This document shows, piece by piece, positions 1 through 10,654 of a stretch of DNA of 64,000 nucleotides. Below the pieces are notes generated by a model. The model was given only the letters and a program-made list of their open reading frames with translations. It searched no databases and was not told where the DNA came from. Position numbers and translations under genes: made by a program. How positions within the stretch are numbered: position 1 is the first letter of the stretch; each line of letters begins with the position of its first letter. The stretch is from Candidatus Bathyarchaeota archaeon (GTDB lineage Archaea; Thermoproteota; Bathyarchaeia; Bathyarchaeales; DTEX01): assembly GCA_963714275.1 (NCBI GenBank), contig CAVQNT010000005.1:127284-191283 (forward strand), in the 5' to 3' direction.

Positions 1-195
1 AAAACAGAGGTCATCGCTGCCAGCATCAGAAATCCCCGTCAAGCAAGGGAAGTTGCGGAGTTAGGAGTTCACATAGCAACCCTACCGTTTGAGGTTATTC
101 AAGGAATTGTTACGCATGTCAAAACAATTGAGGGAATACGGAGTTTCACAGCTGACATCGTTCCTCCTTACCGAGACCTGTTTGGTCGTGAATAA
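1..195 (+). CDS. tal: Transaldolase/fructose-6-phosphate aldolase, C-terminal part (cut by window edge)
   Basis: Frame 1 reads KTEVIAASIRNPRQAREVAELGVHIATLPF...T.EGIRSF, a typical TAL/FSA C-terminus; stop at 193-195. Confidence 0.85.
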   Translation, partial: KTEVIAASIRNPRQAREVAELGVHIATLPFEVIQGIVTHVKTIEGIRSFTADIVPPYRDLFGRE

Positions 196-244
196 AAGTG
201 ATTAGCTGCAAAAAGTGCTGTTGCTTATCCAATGATTTTGAAGG

Positions 245-964
245 ATGAAACATTTGGCTCGCACAATCGAAGTTAGCAATGGCTGTAAAGTTATCTTTGA
301 CGATTTCCGAAATGTCAAGCTCGATGAGTACGCTGACTTAATTTTCGCGGACCCCCCGTTCGGCATCGATTTTCGAGGTAACCTGCAGACTTACCACAGG
401 ACGCCTGACGCATTATCCTATAAAGAGGTGTCTTTGGATGAGTATCCCAAATTCATGAAAAGCTTGTTGAACTGGTCGTATGCGACGTTAAAACCTTCTG
501 GAAGCATGTGGCTGCTTTCAGGCTGGAACAACCTCGGCATTGTACATCAAGCCATTGAGGAAGTAGGATTCTACATTTTAAACCACTGCATCTGGAGGTA
601 CCAGTTCGGCGTCTTCACGAAAAAAAGGTTCACAACGTCCCATTACCACCTTTTACTTTTAGTCAAGGACATGAAAGATTACGTGTTCAATAAGCCTCAA
701 CACTATGCAGAGGACGTTTGGAGCATTAAAAGACCCTACAACCGAGGCATACGAACAGCAGGAAATGAGCTTCCAGACAAGCTAGTCGAAAAATGCGTGA
801 CCACATCCTCAAACAAGGGCGACTTGGTCGTAGATCCCGTTCTCGGCTCTGGCACCACCCTGAAAGTTTGTTTACAAACAAGCAGAAGGTGCATAGGCAT
901 AGAAATCAACTCAGCTCTTGAGGAGAGAATAAAAACCAAGTCAAAGTTGAACAATAATGTCTAG
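245..964 (+). CDS. Site-specific DNA amino-methyltransferase, beta class, orphan
   Basis: Catalytic DPPF precedes SAM-binding DPVLGSGTT; no adjacent restriction endonuclease seen. Confidence 0.85.
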   Translation: MKHLARTIEVSNGCKVIFDDFRNVKLDEYADLIFADPPFGIDFRGNLQTYHRTPDALSYKEVSLDEYPKFMKSLLNWSYATLKPSGSMWLLSGWNNLGIVHQAIEEVGFYILNHCIWRYQFGVFTKKRFTTSHYHLLLLVKDMKDYVFNKPQHYAEDVWSIKRPYNRGIRTAGNELPDKLVEKCVTTSSNKGDLVVDPVLGSGTTLKVCLQTSRRCIGIEINSALEERIKTKSKLNNNV

Positions 965-1007
965 AGAAAGTTTCAAGGGATATTAGTGTAGCAAGGAATA
1001 TTTCTAT

Positions 1008-1541
1008 TTATATTGAATGCTCGTTGTGAATGTTTAATACTCGTATTTCTGTGTTGCCTGAGACTCTTACAGATCCAAAGGGCTGTGTGTCAATGACGAT
1101 GAACGGAACTGGATTCGCCAACATCATCACTTCGATTATGTTTTCTTTCATCAGTGGTCTCCCAAAAAGGGAATCTTTTAAAAATTTTACGAGAAAATCG
1201 TCCATTGCTAATCGAATGCCTTTGAGAGACAGAACAATTATTTTGGCATCTGATACTTCAGCTTTAGAGACAACAACGTTTTTTCCAATTGTTGTTCCAG
1301 CGTTTCGCCGTGTGAATGCGTCTATTCTGATTATTTTTTTATTATTATCCTCAGGACGGGCAGCATGAACCTTTACCACAGTCTTCTTGTTGCCTACGAT
1401 TTCAACCGCGTCTTCTTCAACGATTTGCAGGAACTTCATGGTTGCTTGGTCAATTCTAGCGATTTCTTTAGTAAGGTCAGATTGCTCCACATCTTCAACT
1501 CTTAACTCAACCTTCACGTTCTTTTCAACCATTATCTTCAC
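1008..1541 (-). CDS. Stand-alone CDC48/VAT N-terminal domain protein
   Basis: IARID...IIRIDAFTRRNAGTTIG...V.VSKAEV matches the CDC48 N domain; stops with no AAA domain. Confidence 0.8.
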   Translation of the reverse strand: MKIMVEKNVKVELRVEDVEQSDLTKEIARIDQATMKFLQIVEEDAVEIVGNKKTVVKVHAARPEDNNKKIIRIDAFTRRNAGTTIGKNVVVSKAEVSDAKIIVLSLKGIRLAMDDFLVKFLKDSLFGRPLMKENIIEVMMLANPVPFIVIDTQPFGSVRVSGNTEIRVLNIHNEHSI

Positions 1542-1819
1542 ATTTCCAATCTTCCCATGTTGTTCCCTAAAAATTCATTGTATTTTTGCATATATAGAAC
1601 TGTGTAAAAAACCTCTGCTTTGCTACATCACAATTTAAAAAGAAAATTTCTTACTGACTAGCTAGCCTAACCATGCCATATTTTCTGGAATGTTGGTAAT
1701 GTGAGTTCAAGTATAAACAAAATTTAACATTCCAAACAATGAACTTAAGTATACCTATTCCAAGTATCTACTCCAAACCATAAAATGGCTATCAACTTCG
1801 TCAGTGGCGAAACAGAAAT

Positions 1820-2665
1820 TTGCCGATCATCGAAACAAAGAATTTAATGTATACTTACCCGATTGGTACGAAACCCGCCTTTGAAGACGTGACGTTACAG
1901 ATCGAAAAAGGCGAATTCGTAGTTTTAACTGGTCCCAGCGGATGCGGCAAAACCACTCTTTGCAGATGCTTCAACGGGCTCATCCCGCACTTCTACAGCG
2001 GAAAACTCGAAGGTGAAATAACGGTATCCGAATTAAGGGTATCAGAACACCCGATCCACGAGCTCGCACAACACGTAGGCATGGTATTCCAGAACCCAGA
2101 AAACCAGCTCTTCGCGCTTTCAGTGGAGAAAGACGTTGCCTTTGGTCTTGAAAACCTTGGAATGCCAAGGGACGAGATTCGTGGAAGAGTGGATTGGGCT
2201 CTTAAAACAACTGGAGTTTTTGAACTCAAAGACAGAGCACCCTACGAGCTTTCAGGCGGTCAACAACAGCGGGTCGCGATTGCCTCGGTTCTTGCCATGC
2301 AGCCTGAAATCATAGTTCTTGACGAACCCACCAGCTTTTTAGACCCACTTGGAGCTCAGAAAATTTTTGAGGTCATCAACACGCTCAATAAGGAACTCAA
2401 CATAACCACGATTCTAGTCGAACATAGGCTTGACTTAACCTCGAAATACGCGAGCCGAGTCATAATCATGGACAAAGGCAGAATCCTTTTAGACGGTCCT
2501 CCAAGGGAAATCCTCAGCAGCGAAGAAGCACGGTTGATCGGAGTGGGAATCCCAAAGGTAACGCGGCTTTACCAGATTCTCAAAGAAAAAGGCGTAAACC
2601 TGAGCAACATTCCGTTAAGTGCGGATGAGGCTACTAAAACTTTGTTAGAGGTTTTAGCAGGTTGA
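1820..2665 (+). CDS. ecfA1: ECF transporter ATPase A
   Basis: GPSGCGKT, FQNPENQ, LSGGQQQR, LDEPT. Confidence 0.9.
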   Translation: MPIIETKNLMYTYPIGTKPAFEDVTLQIEKGEFVVLTGPSGCGKTTLCRCFNGLIPHFYSGKLEGEITVSELRVSEHPIHELAQHVGMVFQNPENQLFALSVEKDVAFGLENLGMPRDEIRGRVDWALKTTGVFELKDRAPYELSGGQQQRVAIASVLAMQPEIIVLDEPTSFLDPLGAQKIFEVINTLNKELNITTILVEHRLDLTSKYASRVIIMDKGRILLDGPPREILSSEEARLIGVGIPKVTRLYQILKEKGVNLSNIPLSADEATKTLLEVLAG

Positions 2666-3483
2666 TCAAGATCGATGATATTCATTTCACTTATCCGAAC
2701 GGCGTTGAAGCCCTAAAGGGAGTCAGCCTCGATATTCAAGATGGCGAATTTCTCGCCATTATGGGGCAGAACGGAGCTGGAAAAACTACTTTAGTCAAAC
2801 ACATTAACAGCTTGTTTAAGCCTTCGAAGGGCACAGTTGTGGTCGACGACCTCGAAACGACAAAAGTCAGCGTAGCCACTCTTGCCAGAAAAGTCGGCTT
2901 TGTTTTCCAGAATCCTGATCATCAGCTTTTCAGCGAAACCGTTGAAGAAGAAATTTCGTTTGCCTTAAGAAATTTCGGGTATGACGAATCAGCCATAAAC
3001 GAAAGGGTCACGTGGGCTTTGAACCTTTTAGACCTAACGGAGTATCGCAAAGTTTCGCCGTTCATGTTAAGTGGTGGCGAAAGAAAAAGGGTTGCACTTG
3101 CTTCTGTTCTCGCATGGGACCCAAAAATCGTAATACTTGACGAGCCGACGATTGGGCAGGACAATCAACAGAAGGAACGGCTGAGACAGTTCATCGTGCA
3201 ACTGAACCGTCAGGGAAAAACCGTCATCATCGTCACTCATGACATTGAGTTTGTGGCTGAATGCAAACCTCGTGTAGTCTTAATGGCGCAGGGGAAAATT
3301 CTGGCTCAGGGCGAAGCAGAAAAAATCTTGACGAACTATGAGCTTGTCAACCAAGCATCGGTTGTTCTCCCGCAGATTGCTCAGCTTTTCACGAATCTCA
3401 AATGCAAAGGCGTCCCTACGGAGGTCATAGATGTTTATGACGCAGCAAAAATACTTCTGGGAAGGTTAGGTGAGCCCGTATGA
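2662..3483 (+). CDS. ecfA2: ECF transporter ATPase A'
   Basis: GQNGAGKT, FQNPDHQ, LSGGERKR; 4-nt overlap with ecfA1. Confidence 0.9.
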   Translation: MIKIDDIHFTYPNGVEALKGVSLDIQDGEFLAIMGQNGAGKTTLVKHINSLFKPSKGTVVVDDLETTKVSVATLARKVGFVFQNPDHQLFSETVEEEISFALRNFGYDESAINERVTWALNLLDLTEYRKVSPFMLSGGERKRVALASVLAWDPKIVILDEPTIGQDNQQKERLRQFIVQLNRQGKTVIIVTHDIEFVAECKPRVVLMAQGKILAQGEAEKILTNYELVNQASVVLPQIAQLFTNLKCKGVPTEVIDVYDAAKILLGRLGEPV

Positions 3484-4268
3484 GCATGTTTGATGGTTTC
3501 AAGTTCCGCAGCGTCTCCTCTGCGGTTCACAGGATGGATCCTCGGGCAAAATTCGTCTATGTCTGCGTATTGTTCGCGGTTGCTGTTATGTTCAGTCAGC
3601 TGATTCCGCTTCTTGTTTTATTCATTGTTCAGATGCCATTGGTTTTCGCTGCTCGGGTCCAGAAAGAGTGGTTGCGTTCCATGAAGGGGTCCGCTATGTT
3701 TGCTGTCATAATATTCGGAATGAACCTTTTAACCCTCTATTTTTATGGCAGCTACGAATCCCTATCAGCCGTCATAGAACGATCTCTGGCCTTAACTGTC
3801 AGGTTCATGGTTCTGATCGAGTCCTTCTCAGTGTTTTTCCTCACTACGTCGCCTGACCTTCTCGGTCTTGCGTTAGAGCAAAGCCATGTCCCCTATGAGC
3901 TGTGCTTCGCGTTCACAACAGCCGTCAGGTTTGTACCTGTACTTGCAGATGAGGCTCAGACCATAATGGATGCCCAGAAGGCGCGGGGGCTTGAACTTGA
4001 GGGCGGAAATTTTGTCAAAAAAATAAGGAACTACATTCCGATTCTGATTCCGCTCATTGTTAACGCGATCCGCCGAAGCCTTGAATTAGCGGAAACCATG
4101 GAGTCGAGAGCTTGGGGTGCCACCAAGAACCGAACAAACCTGTACGTCCTCAAGATAGGAAGAAAAGACCTTTACTTGGTGCTCTTCGCTTTCGCAATTT
4201 TATTGGTTTCAGTTTATGTCGTAACATACATAAAGATTCCAAACGTAACACACCTTCTCAACATTTAA
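3480..4268 (+). CDS. ecfT: ECF transporter transmembrane T component
   Basis: HRMDPRAK, AQKARG, MESRAW motifs; hydrophobic. Confidence 0.9.
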   Translation: MSMFDGFKFRSVSSAVHRMDPRAKFVYVCVLFAVAVMFSQLIPLLVLFIVQMPLVFAARVQKEWLRSMKGSAMFAVIIFGMNLLTLYFYGSYESLSAVIERSLALTVRFMVLIESFSVFFLTTSPDLLGLALEQSHVPYELCFAFTTAVRFVPVLADEAQTIMDAQKARGLELEGGNFVKKIRNYIPILIPLIVNAIRRSLELAETMESRAWGATKNRTNLYVLKIGRKDLYLVLFAFAILLVSVYVVTYIKIPNVTHLLNI

Positions 4269-4447
4269 CAACCACGAAAGGAGAGAAGAAAAGAAAGAAA
4301 AAATGGTTTTTTTACCTGCCTAAGGTATGCAGACCGTTGTGTTGGTGTGTAGTACACCTTCCAGTTGATGGATTTTGGTTTTTTAACCTGAAAAACCTTT
4401 TAAAGAATCTTATCGAAATAGGATTTGAGATGTAATTATTTTAACTT

Positions 4448-5053
4448 GTGTGGAAGGCAACAACCTTGGAAGAAGAACGAATCAGAAAAATTGCTGAACT
4501 CAGAGAAACTCTTGAAGAACGGACAAAAAGCTTAGAAGCTGAACTTCAAGGTTTACGAACCCTGCTTGATTTTATCAATGAACTTTTAATCGAAAAAAGC
4601 TTTAAGAAGGCAGAAAAGATCGCGAAGCCTCCTTCCATGCCCGAAGTTAAGCCTCAACCTGTTCCCACCAAAAAACAGTTAAGGACAATACCATTGAAGA
4701 CGGTAACCGACGAACTGCTGGCTACAATGTATGTTGAGGACGACCAGATACGCATCGTTCCAGAACCGAACCTGCAGTTCAACGAGAACACGCCGCCGTT
4801 CACCGCTTTTCTCGTTGACAGAATCATTGGGAAGATGCTGGAAAGAGACCGTGAGCTGGTTAACCAAGGAAAACTTGTGCCTGACAAAGCCTATTCATAT
4901 AATATAGAAAAAGATGGCAACATACTCAAGGAAATATCGATTCGGAACCTTGCACCTCAAAGAGAACGGGAACTTCGGTCCGCGACGCGTTGGACATTCG
5001 AGAAAATGCTTGAAAAACAGAGAAGCCAAAGCGAAAACCCTTCTGAAGGATGA
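4448..5053 (+). CDS. Hypothetical protein with N-terminal coiled coil
   Basis: 201-aa ORF with heptad-rich N-terminus; no family recognised. Confidence 0.6.
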   Translation: MWKATTLEEERIRKIAELRETLEERTKSLEAELQGLRTLLDFINELLIEKSFKKAEKIAKPPSMPEVKPQPVPTKKQLRTIPLKTVTDELLATMYVEDDQIRIVPEPNLQFNENTPPFTAFLVDRIIGKMLERDRELVNQGKLVPDKAYSYNIEKDGNILKEISIRNLAPQRERELRSATRWTFEKMLEKQRSQSENPSEG

Positions 5054-5241
5054 GCTGACTTTCATAGTGGACTCAGTCGCGGGAAAAGCCATCATTCTCT
5101 ATTGAGTCAAAGTACCTCGATTACGTCATCGTCCAGTAACAAAAAAAGTAAACGGAATATTTCAGTCTTACCGAAAACCATGCAAACAGAACAAACTATT
5201 ATTCGAATACTTGGTTGAATAATAACAATTGTAAAAATTTA

Positions 5242-5490
5242 TTATGCTTCTTTTTTGGGTGTTGCATCAAGCGTTATGTAAAGAATGTTGTTTCCCCGGA
5301 CGAGTGCTTCTCCGTAGTTCGCGAGCATTTTGTTGTCGTAAACTTCGGTGGCTCCGTCTAGAATGATGTTCATGTAGCTGTCGCAGTGGACCATTGTGCC
5401 CTTGTATTCTATGCCATTCTTTAGGGTAATCACGATGTAGGCGTTCATGTGCCTCGTCAGCATGTTCAAGGGTTTTTTACTTGGTTCCAT
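5242..5490 (-). CDS. Sm/Lsm RNA-binding protein (SmAP)
   Basis: LKNG.EYKG....DSYMNIIL and YGEALVRGNNILYI (Sm1 and Sm2 motifs). Confidence 0.92.
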   Translation of the reverse strand: MEPSKKPLNMLTRHMNAYIVITLKNGIEYKGTMVHCDSYMNIILDGATEVYDNKMLANYGEALVRGNNILYITLDATPKKEA

Positions 5491-5674
5491 GACTCTTTCG
5501 CCAGACTAATTGATGTAACATGAATTCGGACTTTCAATATAAAAAGCTTATCAATACAGCTAAAATGGTATTTTAGAAATAGAAGAATAGAAAGCAAAGA
5601 AGTCTTTTCTTTGTCCCCTTTCTTAGGCACCTTTATAAGAGATGATTGTGCCACTATTTTGAGAGAGGAAAAAA

Positions 5675-7129
5675 ATGGAGCTCCCTCAGTCAGCGCCAAT
5701 CTCATTCCAGATTCGGACAGAGGTTGCTTCATCCTACTTAAGCGAAATGCTGGTTTTCATATACCAAGAATGCATCCTTCCATACTACACGTACTTTTCT
5801 AATGTTGGAAGATGGACCGCTGAAGGCAAGGAAGTCCTCACGTTCACGCTTAACGATGCAAAGGGCGCGTGGCACATCAGTGTGGAAGTTGCAGCAGCTA
5901 ACCCAGTCGAGGTAAAGTTGACGCCTTATGGCAATTATCCTCAAAAAGTATTGGGTAGACTCAGGGAAGACCTGATTATCGCTGTTCAGATGTATGAGGA
6001 GAAGATTCGCAGATCGACGCTTTACTTTGCGTGGGTGCCAGAAAACAGGGTCATACCTGAAAAGACCGAAAACACGCGGAGAAAGATTATCAACCAGATT
6101 TTCATGGGTAACATGATTGTCTTCTTCATCATTACTATTATTCTGAGTTATGCGGCTTTCATGGTTATGACTGAGGTTTTCAATCTTCCCCTAATTTATT
6201 TTCCTTTTGTTATGGTGTTGGCTCAATTTGTCATGATTCTTTTTTCGCACAAGATTGTGGGAAGCATGGGAGACTGGTCAATCACCGCGTCGAATCCTTA
6301 CGTTCACATTGTCCAGTACCATATTCCGCCAGAGCAATTTGAAATATTCAGGGAAAAGAATGCCCGCGAAAAGTACTACAGGTTAAAAGGGCGATTCAGA
6401 ACAAAACGTTGACTCTTGGAAGACCCATCGACGCACAGACAGCCCAAGAAATATTTAACGAAAATGGCATCAACATCAAACCCGAAAACATTGTGACAAA
6501 AACAGTGGATGTCTACAGGATCGTTAAAGAGGCTGCAACGAGGTTCGGGATGTCTATACCCAAAATAAAATTGTCAAATGTCATAATCCCGAACGCTGCT
6601 GCCACCGGACCTAGTCCACGTTTCGGCTTAATTCTCATCACTACTGGTCTGCTTGTGCAGCTTGATGATGACGAAGTTCTCTCAGTTGTCGGTCACGAAA
6701 TGAGCCACGTTAAGAAAAGGGACCCAATGGCGCTTTTTACGCTTGTCTCAGCCGAGTATCTGCTAAGGATTTACCTTTGGAATTACATCTGGGTCTTTGG
6801 ATTCCTTTACTTGATGTTCGCATTGGGAGCTATTTACTTTATTGCAAAGTTTTTTGAGGCCAGAGCGGACCTTGACTCAGCAATTATGTTAGGGCGACCA
6901 GAGATTCTTGCTGGTGCTCTAAGGAAAATTGGTTATCGGAGGATTCAGTCTTGAAAGGGTGCACTCAAACAGAATCGAAAGCTGGATCAACTGGAATCCT
7001 CACCCGCCTATTTCGTTCAGGGTTGACAGGCTTGAGAATTTGGGGGAGCCACAGAAAATCAGGCACCCCTTCATTAAATCGATAAAGGACTGCATAGTCG
7101 GGTTCATGAAAGAGTTTAGGCGCATCTAA
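5675..7129 (+). CDS. HtpX-like M48 membrane zinc protease (split over 3 ORFs by frameshifts)
   Basis: PNAAATG, GHEMSH, EARAD and C-terminal HPPISFRV; TM helices. Confidence 0.82.
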
Positions 7130-7212
7130 CACAACATTATGCTATTCCGAGAGTGGCAACATTAAGTTTTTTATAACCTTGTTGCATGAACTATTCACAT
7201 ATTGATGTTTAG

Positions 7213-8985
7213 GTGATTATGATGATGAAAGTCGATTTCGGATCCGGACGTGAAACGGTTGACCTTTCAGGATTCTGGCATTTCAGAACCGACCTGCAGA
7301 AGAAAGGCGAAGAGCAAAAATGGTTTGAACAAACGTCCTTCGCAGGTTGGGATAAAATTTATGCTCCTGCTTCATGGAATGAGCAGTCTTCGGAATACAT
7401 GTGGTACATGGGAACTGCTTGGTACGCGAGGGAGTTTTTTGTTCCAGTGGGCTGGAGTGACAAGCTTGTCTTTGTCGGCTTTGAAGGTGTAAATTATAAT
7501 GCTAAGGTCTGGGTGAATGGCTTCTTCGTCGGTGAACATGAGGGAGGTTTCACTCCATTTGCGGTTAACGCGGAAAAGGCGTTGAAGTTTGGCGACAACA
7601 ACGTAGTGGTCGTCATGGTTGACGATACGTTAACAAAAAGGACTATCCCGCCCGGAGAAGGAATGAACCAAACATACTTCGATTTCTTCCAATATGGCGG
7701 TATCCAAAGGGAGGTTAACCTTTTGGCGGTTCATAAAATCCACATAAGGGACGTGTGGGTGAGAACCAGCATAAAAGAATTCGACGGAATCCTCGACATA
7801 GACATTGAAGCTTTAAGCGAGTTAGAAAAGGAACGCTTCTGCAAGGTGAACCTCAAGATGTATGACGGAAACGAGCTGGTCGCAGAGAGCCGAGTAAGTT
7901 ACATGGCGTCTCCGCACATTCCAAAGTCACTTTACCAGAAGATAACGTTGAAAGCTGCGAAGTTCTGGAGCCCCGAATCGCCCAACCTATACACGCTTAA
8001 GGTAAGCATAATACTGGATGAACAGGAGATAGACAGGAAAGATGTGAGGTTAGGAATCAGAACAGTCAAAGTCGAAAATGGCAAAATATTGTTGAACGGT
8101 CGCCCAGTCTTCCTTAAAGGCTGCGCAAGGCACGAAGACTTCCCAGTTTTAGGCAAAGTCGTTCATGGTGCTGTTTTGAGGAAAGATTACGGTTTGATGA
8201 GGGAACTTGGCTGCAACTCTTTTCGGACCACTCACTATCCATATTCGAGAAGCAACCTTGACTTGGCAGACGAATACGGGTTCCTCGTCATCCTTGAGAC
8301 GCCTGCAGTGGGCTTCAGAAAAGCAATTGGACGTTTCGACGACCCTGAAATCATCGAAAAAGTGAAACGTGTGACCCAAGAAACCATAAAGCGGGACAGA
8401 AACCGCCCATCGGTCATCATGTACAGCCTGTTCAACGAACCAGACAGCGAACAGGAAGATTTCAGAACCCTCCTGCAAGAAGCGAAAAACGAAGCAAACA
8501 AAACCGACCCAACCAGACCAGTAACCTTTGTCTCGGATAGACCTCTGAATGACCTCTGCCTCGACATCGTTGACATCCTCTGCCACAACTTCTATTTTGG
8601 CTGGTACACACTGTACGGAGATTTAGTTACAGCAGAAAAAAGGCTAAGCGAAACTTTGGACGAAATTCACAAAAGGTTCCCTGACAAACCCATTATAGTG
8701 ACGGAGTTTGGGGCTGACGCGATCGACGGAGTCCACAAGGATCCGCCTGAAATGTGGTCCGAGGAGTACCAGGCTGAACTTATAAAAACGTACTGGAAGG
8801 TGTTTTTGTCGAAAGACTACGTTGTCGGCGGGCACATCTGGAACTTCGCAGACTTCAAAGTTGGGCAAAGCCCCGGAAGAACGACGCTTAACAGAAAAGG
8901 AATCTTCACAAGAACCCGAGACCCGAAAGCCTCCGTGAAAGTTGTAAAAGAACTCTTCACAAACACGCCCACGTACAAGCAATAA
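7213..8985 (+). CDS. uidA: Beta-glucuronidase (GH2)
   Basis: DFFQYGGI, FRTTHYPY, NEP acid/base, TEFGAD nucleophile, WNFADF, N-x-K motif (NRKG). Confidence 0.88.
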   Translation: MIMMMKVDFGSGRETVDLSGFWHFRTDLQKKGEEQKWFEQTSFAGWDKIYAPASWNEQSSEYMWYMGTAWYAREFFVPVGWSDKLVFVGFEGVNYNAKVWVNGFFVGEHEGGFTPFAVNAEKALKFGDNNVVVVMVDDTLTKRTIPPGEGMNQTYFDFFQYGGIQREVNLLAVHKIHIRDVWVRTSIKEFDGILDIDIEALSELEKERFCKVNLKMYDGNELVAESRVSYMASPHIPKSLYQKITLKAAKFWSPESPNLYTLKVSIILDEQEIDRKDVRLGIRTVKVENGKILLNGRPVFLKGCARHEDFPVLGKVVHGAVLRKDYGLMRELGCNSFRTTHYPYSRSNLDLADEYGFLVILETPAVGFRKAIGRFDDPEIIEKVKRVTQETIKRDRNRPSVIMYSLFNEPDSEQEDFRTLLQEAKNEANKTDPTRPVTFVSDRPLNDLCLDIVDILCHNFYFGWYTLYGDLVTAEKRLSETLDEIHKRFPDKPIIVTEFGADAIDGVHKDPPEMWSEEYQAELIKTYWKVFLSKDYVVGGHIWNFADFKVGQSPGRTTLNRKGIFTRTRDPKASVKVVKELFTNTPTYKQ

Positions 8986-9054
8986 ACCTACAACAACAAA
9001 TAATAAACAGCGCCTAAAAGGTCTTAAGAAAGGACTTTTCTTTTTCTTTGGAAT

Positions 9055-9131
<77 letters not shown>

Positions 9132-9157
9132 CTAGAATTATTATAAAAAATGATGTT

Positions 9158-9171
9158 TTAGTCAGCTAGCT
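9158..9171. repeat. 4-bp-periodic junction tract (TTAGTCAGCTAGCT)
   Basis: ~26 nt after tRNA-Arg, at the start of the sugar cluster. Confidence 0.55.
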
Positions 9172-9339
9172 TTTAGACAGTTTGTAGGTAGTTCGAGGAG
9201 TATCTTGAGAAGACATCAACGTCTTTTTATCAATTTTCTATGACTGTTTGGTTGCCTAAATAATTGTTATATATGCAACATTTGATAGCTAGAATCAACT
9301 CCTTGACTAAAAATTAAAATTACTTGGTTGTGCCTGTGC

Positions 9340-10629
9340 ATGACTAAACTAAGCAAATATTTGGAAGTATCTGAGGAATACCATATACCTAAAACTATGC
9401 AGGCAGTTGTTCTCTCAGGTGTTGGCGAAGAGAATCTGAGATTGTCAACCGTGGAAGTGCCAGACTGCAACGATGACCAACTTCTAGTAAGGGTAGACGC
9501 AGCTATGGCATGTGCTTCAGATAATAAGCTCATAGATCAAGGCTCGTCTCACCCTTTATTGTATGGTTGGGATGTCTCAAAGTATCCCAGAATAATTGGT
9601 CACGAAGGCGCTGTCACGATCGTTAAAGTGGGAAAAAACCTTAAAAACAAATATTCAGCTGGTCAGAGGTTTGCTATTCAACCCGCAGTCCCAAGAGGAC
9701 CCAGCCATTACAGGGATAGATACAGGGACAACGCCAAAGGAATCAGTAAGGTGGCTGTGGGCTATACTCTGCCGGGACTGTTCGCTGAATATGTTCAAAT
9801 CACGGAAGAGACAATTGGGGCTGGCTGCCTACTTAAACTTCAAAACATCAATATTCCATATTTTGCGGCAGCCTTAGCTGAGCCAATTTCGTGCGTTATA
9901 GCTGCACAAGAAAAGATTGTTCATTTTAATACAAGTGAATTGGCTAATCAGCAGCGGATCGAGTTAGGACCAAGGAAGGGAGGTATTACGTTCATCATGG
10001 GCGATGGACCTATGGGTCTCATGAACGCTGAGATCGCTATGGCGCATCATCCTAAAACCATCATTGTGTCGGGGCATCATCAAAAAAGAATCGAATCAAT
10101 ACATAAAGCCCTTGGCAACAGGGCAGACAAACAAGGAATCAAACTTTTCTGCATTCTTTCGGAACAAATTGGTAATACATTATTGGAAACGACGGGGGGA
10201 GTCGGAGCAGACGACGTGATTGTTGCAGTCGGTGACCCATCTGCTCATGAAGCTGCTCTTGGATATTTAGCTCCGAAGGGCGTTGTCCACTTTTTTGGCG
10301 GAATCCACTCAAATGATAGGATGGTCAAAATTGACACTCACAGAATTCACTACGATGGAATCTCAATAGTGGGCTCGAGTGGAAGTGAACCCTTGCATGT
10401 CGCAGCTACGCTTCGAATGATGAGTGAAGCTCTCATTGACCCCGGCAATTACGTAGTCAAATGTGGAGGATTGGACGCAGCGATTCCCCTCATACATGCC
10501 ATAAGACAACGGCGGATTAATGGAAAAGGCGTAATATACCCACACACTCGAAGCCAGCTGTTAGATGTCGAAGGCTGGAGTTTAAACAAGGAAAAAGCTT
10601 TCCTTAAAGAACATCTCGTTGACTGCTAA
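9340..10629 (+). CDS. Medium-chain (Zn-type) alcohol/polyol dehydrogenase, SorE-like
   Basis: CASD.K, IIGHE, LAEPISC, G.GPMG. Confidence 0.75.
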   Translation: MTKLSKYLEVSEEYHIPKTMQAVVLSGVGEENLRLSTVEVPDCNDDQLLVRVDAAMACASDNKLIDQGSSHPLLYGWDVSKYPRIIGHEGAVTIVKVGKNLKNKYSAGQRFAIQPAVPRGPSHYRDRYRDNAKGISKVAVGYTLPGLFAEYVQITEETIGAGCLLKLQNINIPYFAAALAEPISCVIAAQEKIVHFNTSELANQQRIELGPRKGGITFIMGDGPMGLMNAEIAMAHHPKTIIVSGHHQKRIESIHKALGNRADKQGIKLFCILSEQIGNTLLETTGGVGADDVIVAVGDPSAHEAALGYLAPKGVVHFFGGIHSNDRMVKIDTHRIHYDGISIVGSSGSEPLHVAATLRMMSEALIDPGNYVVKCGGLDAAIPLIHAIRQRRINGKGVIYPHTRSQLLDVEGWSLNKEKAFLKEHLVDC

Positions 10630-10654
10630 AATCCTGTTATGGCAAGGTTCCAAT

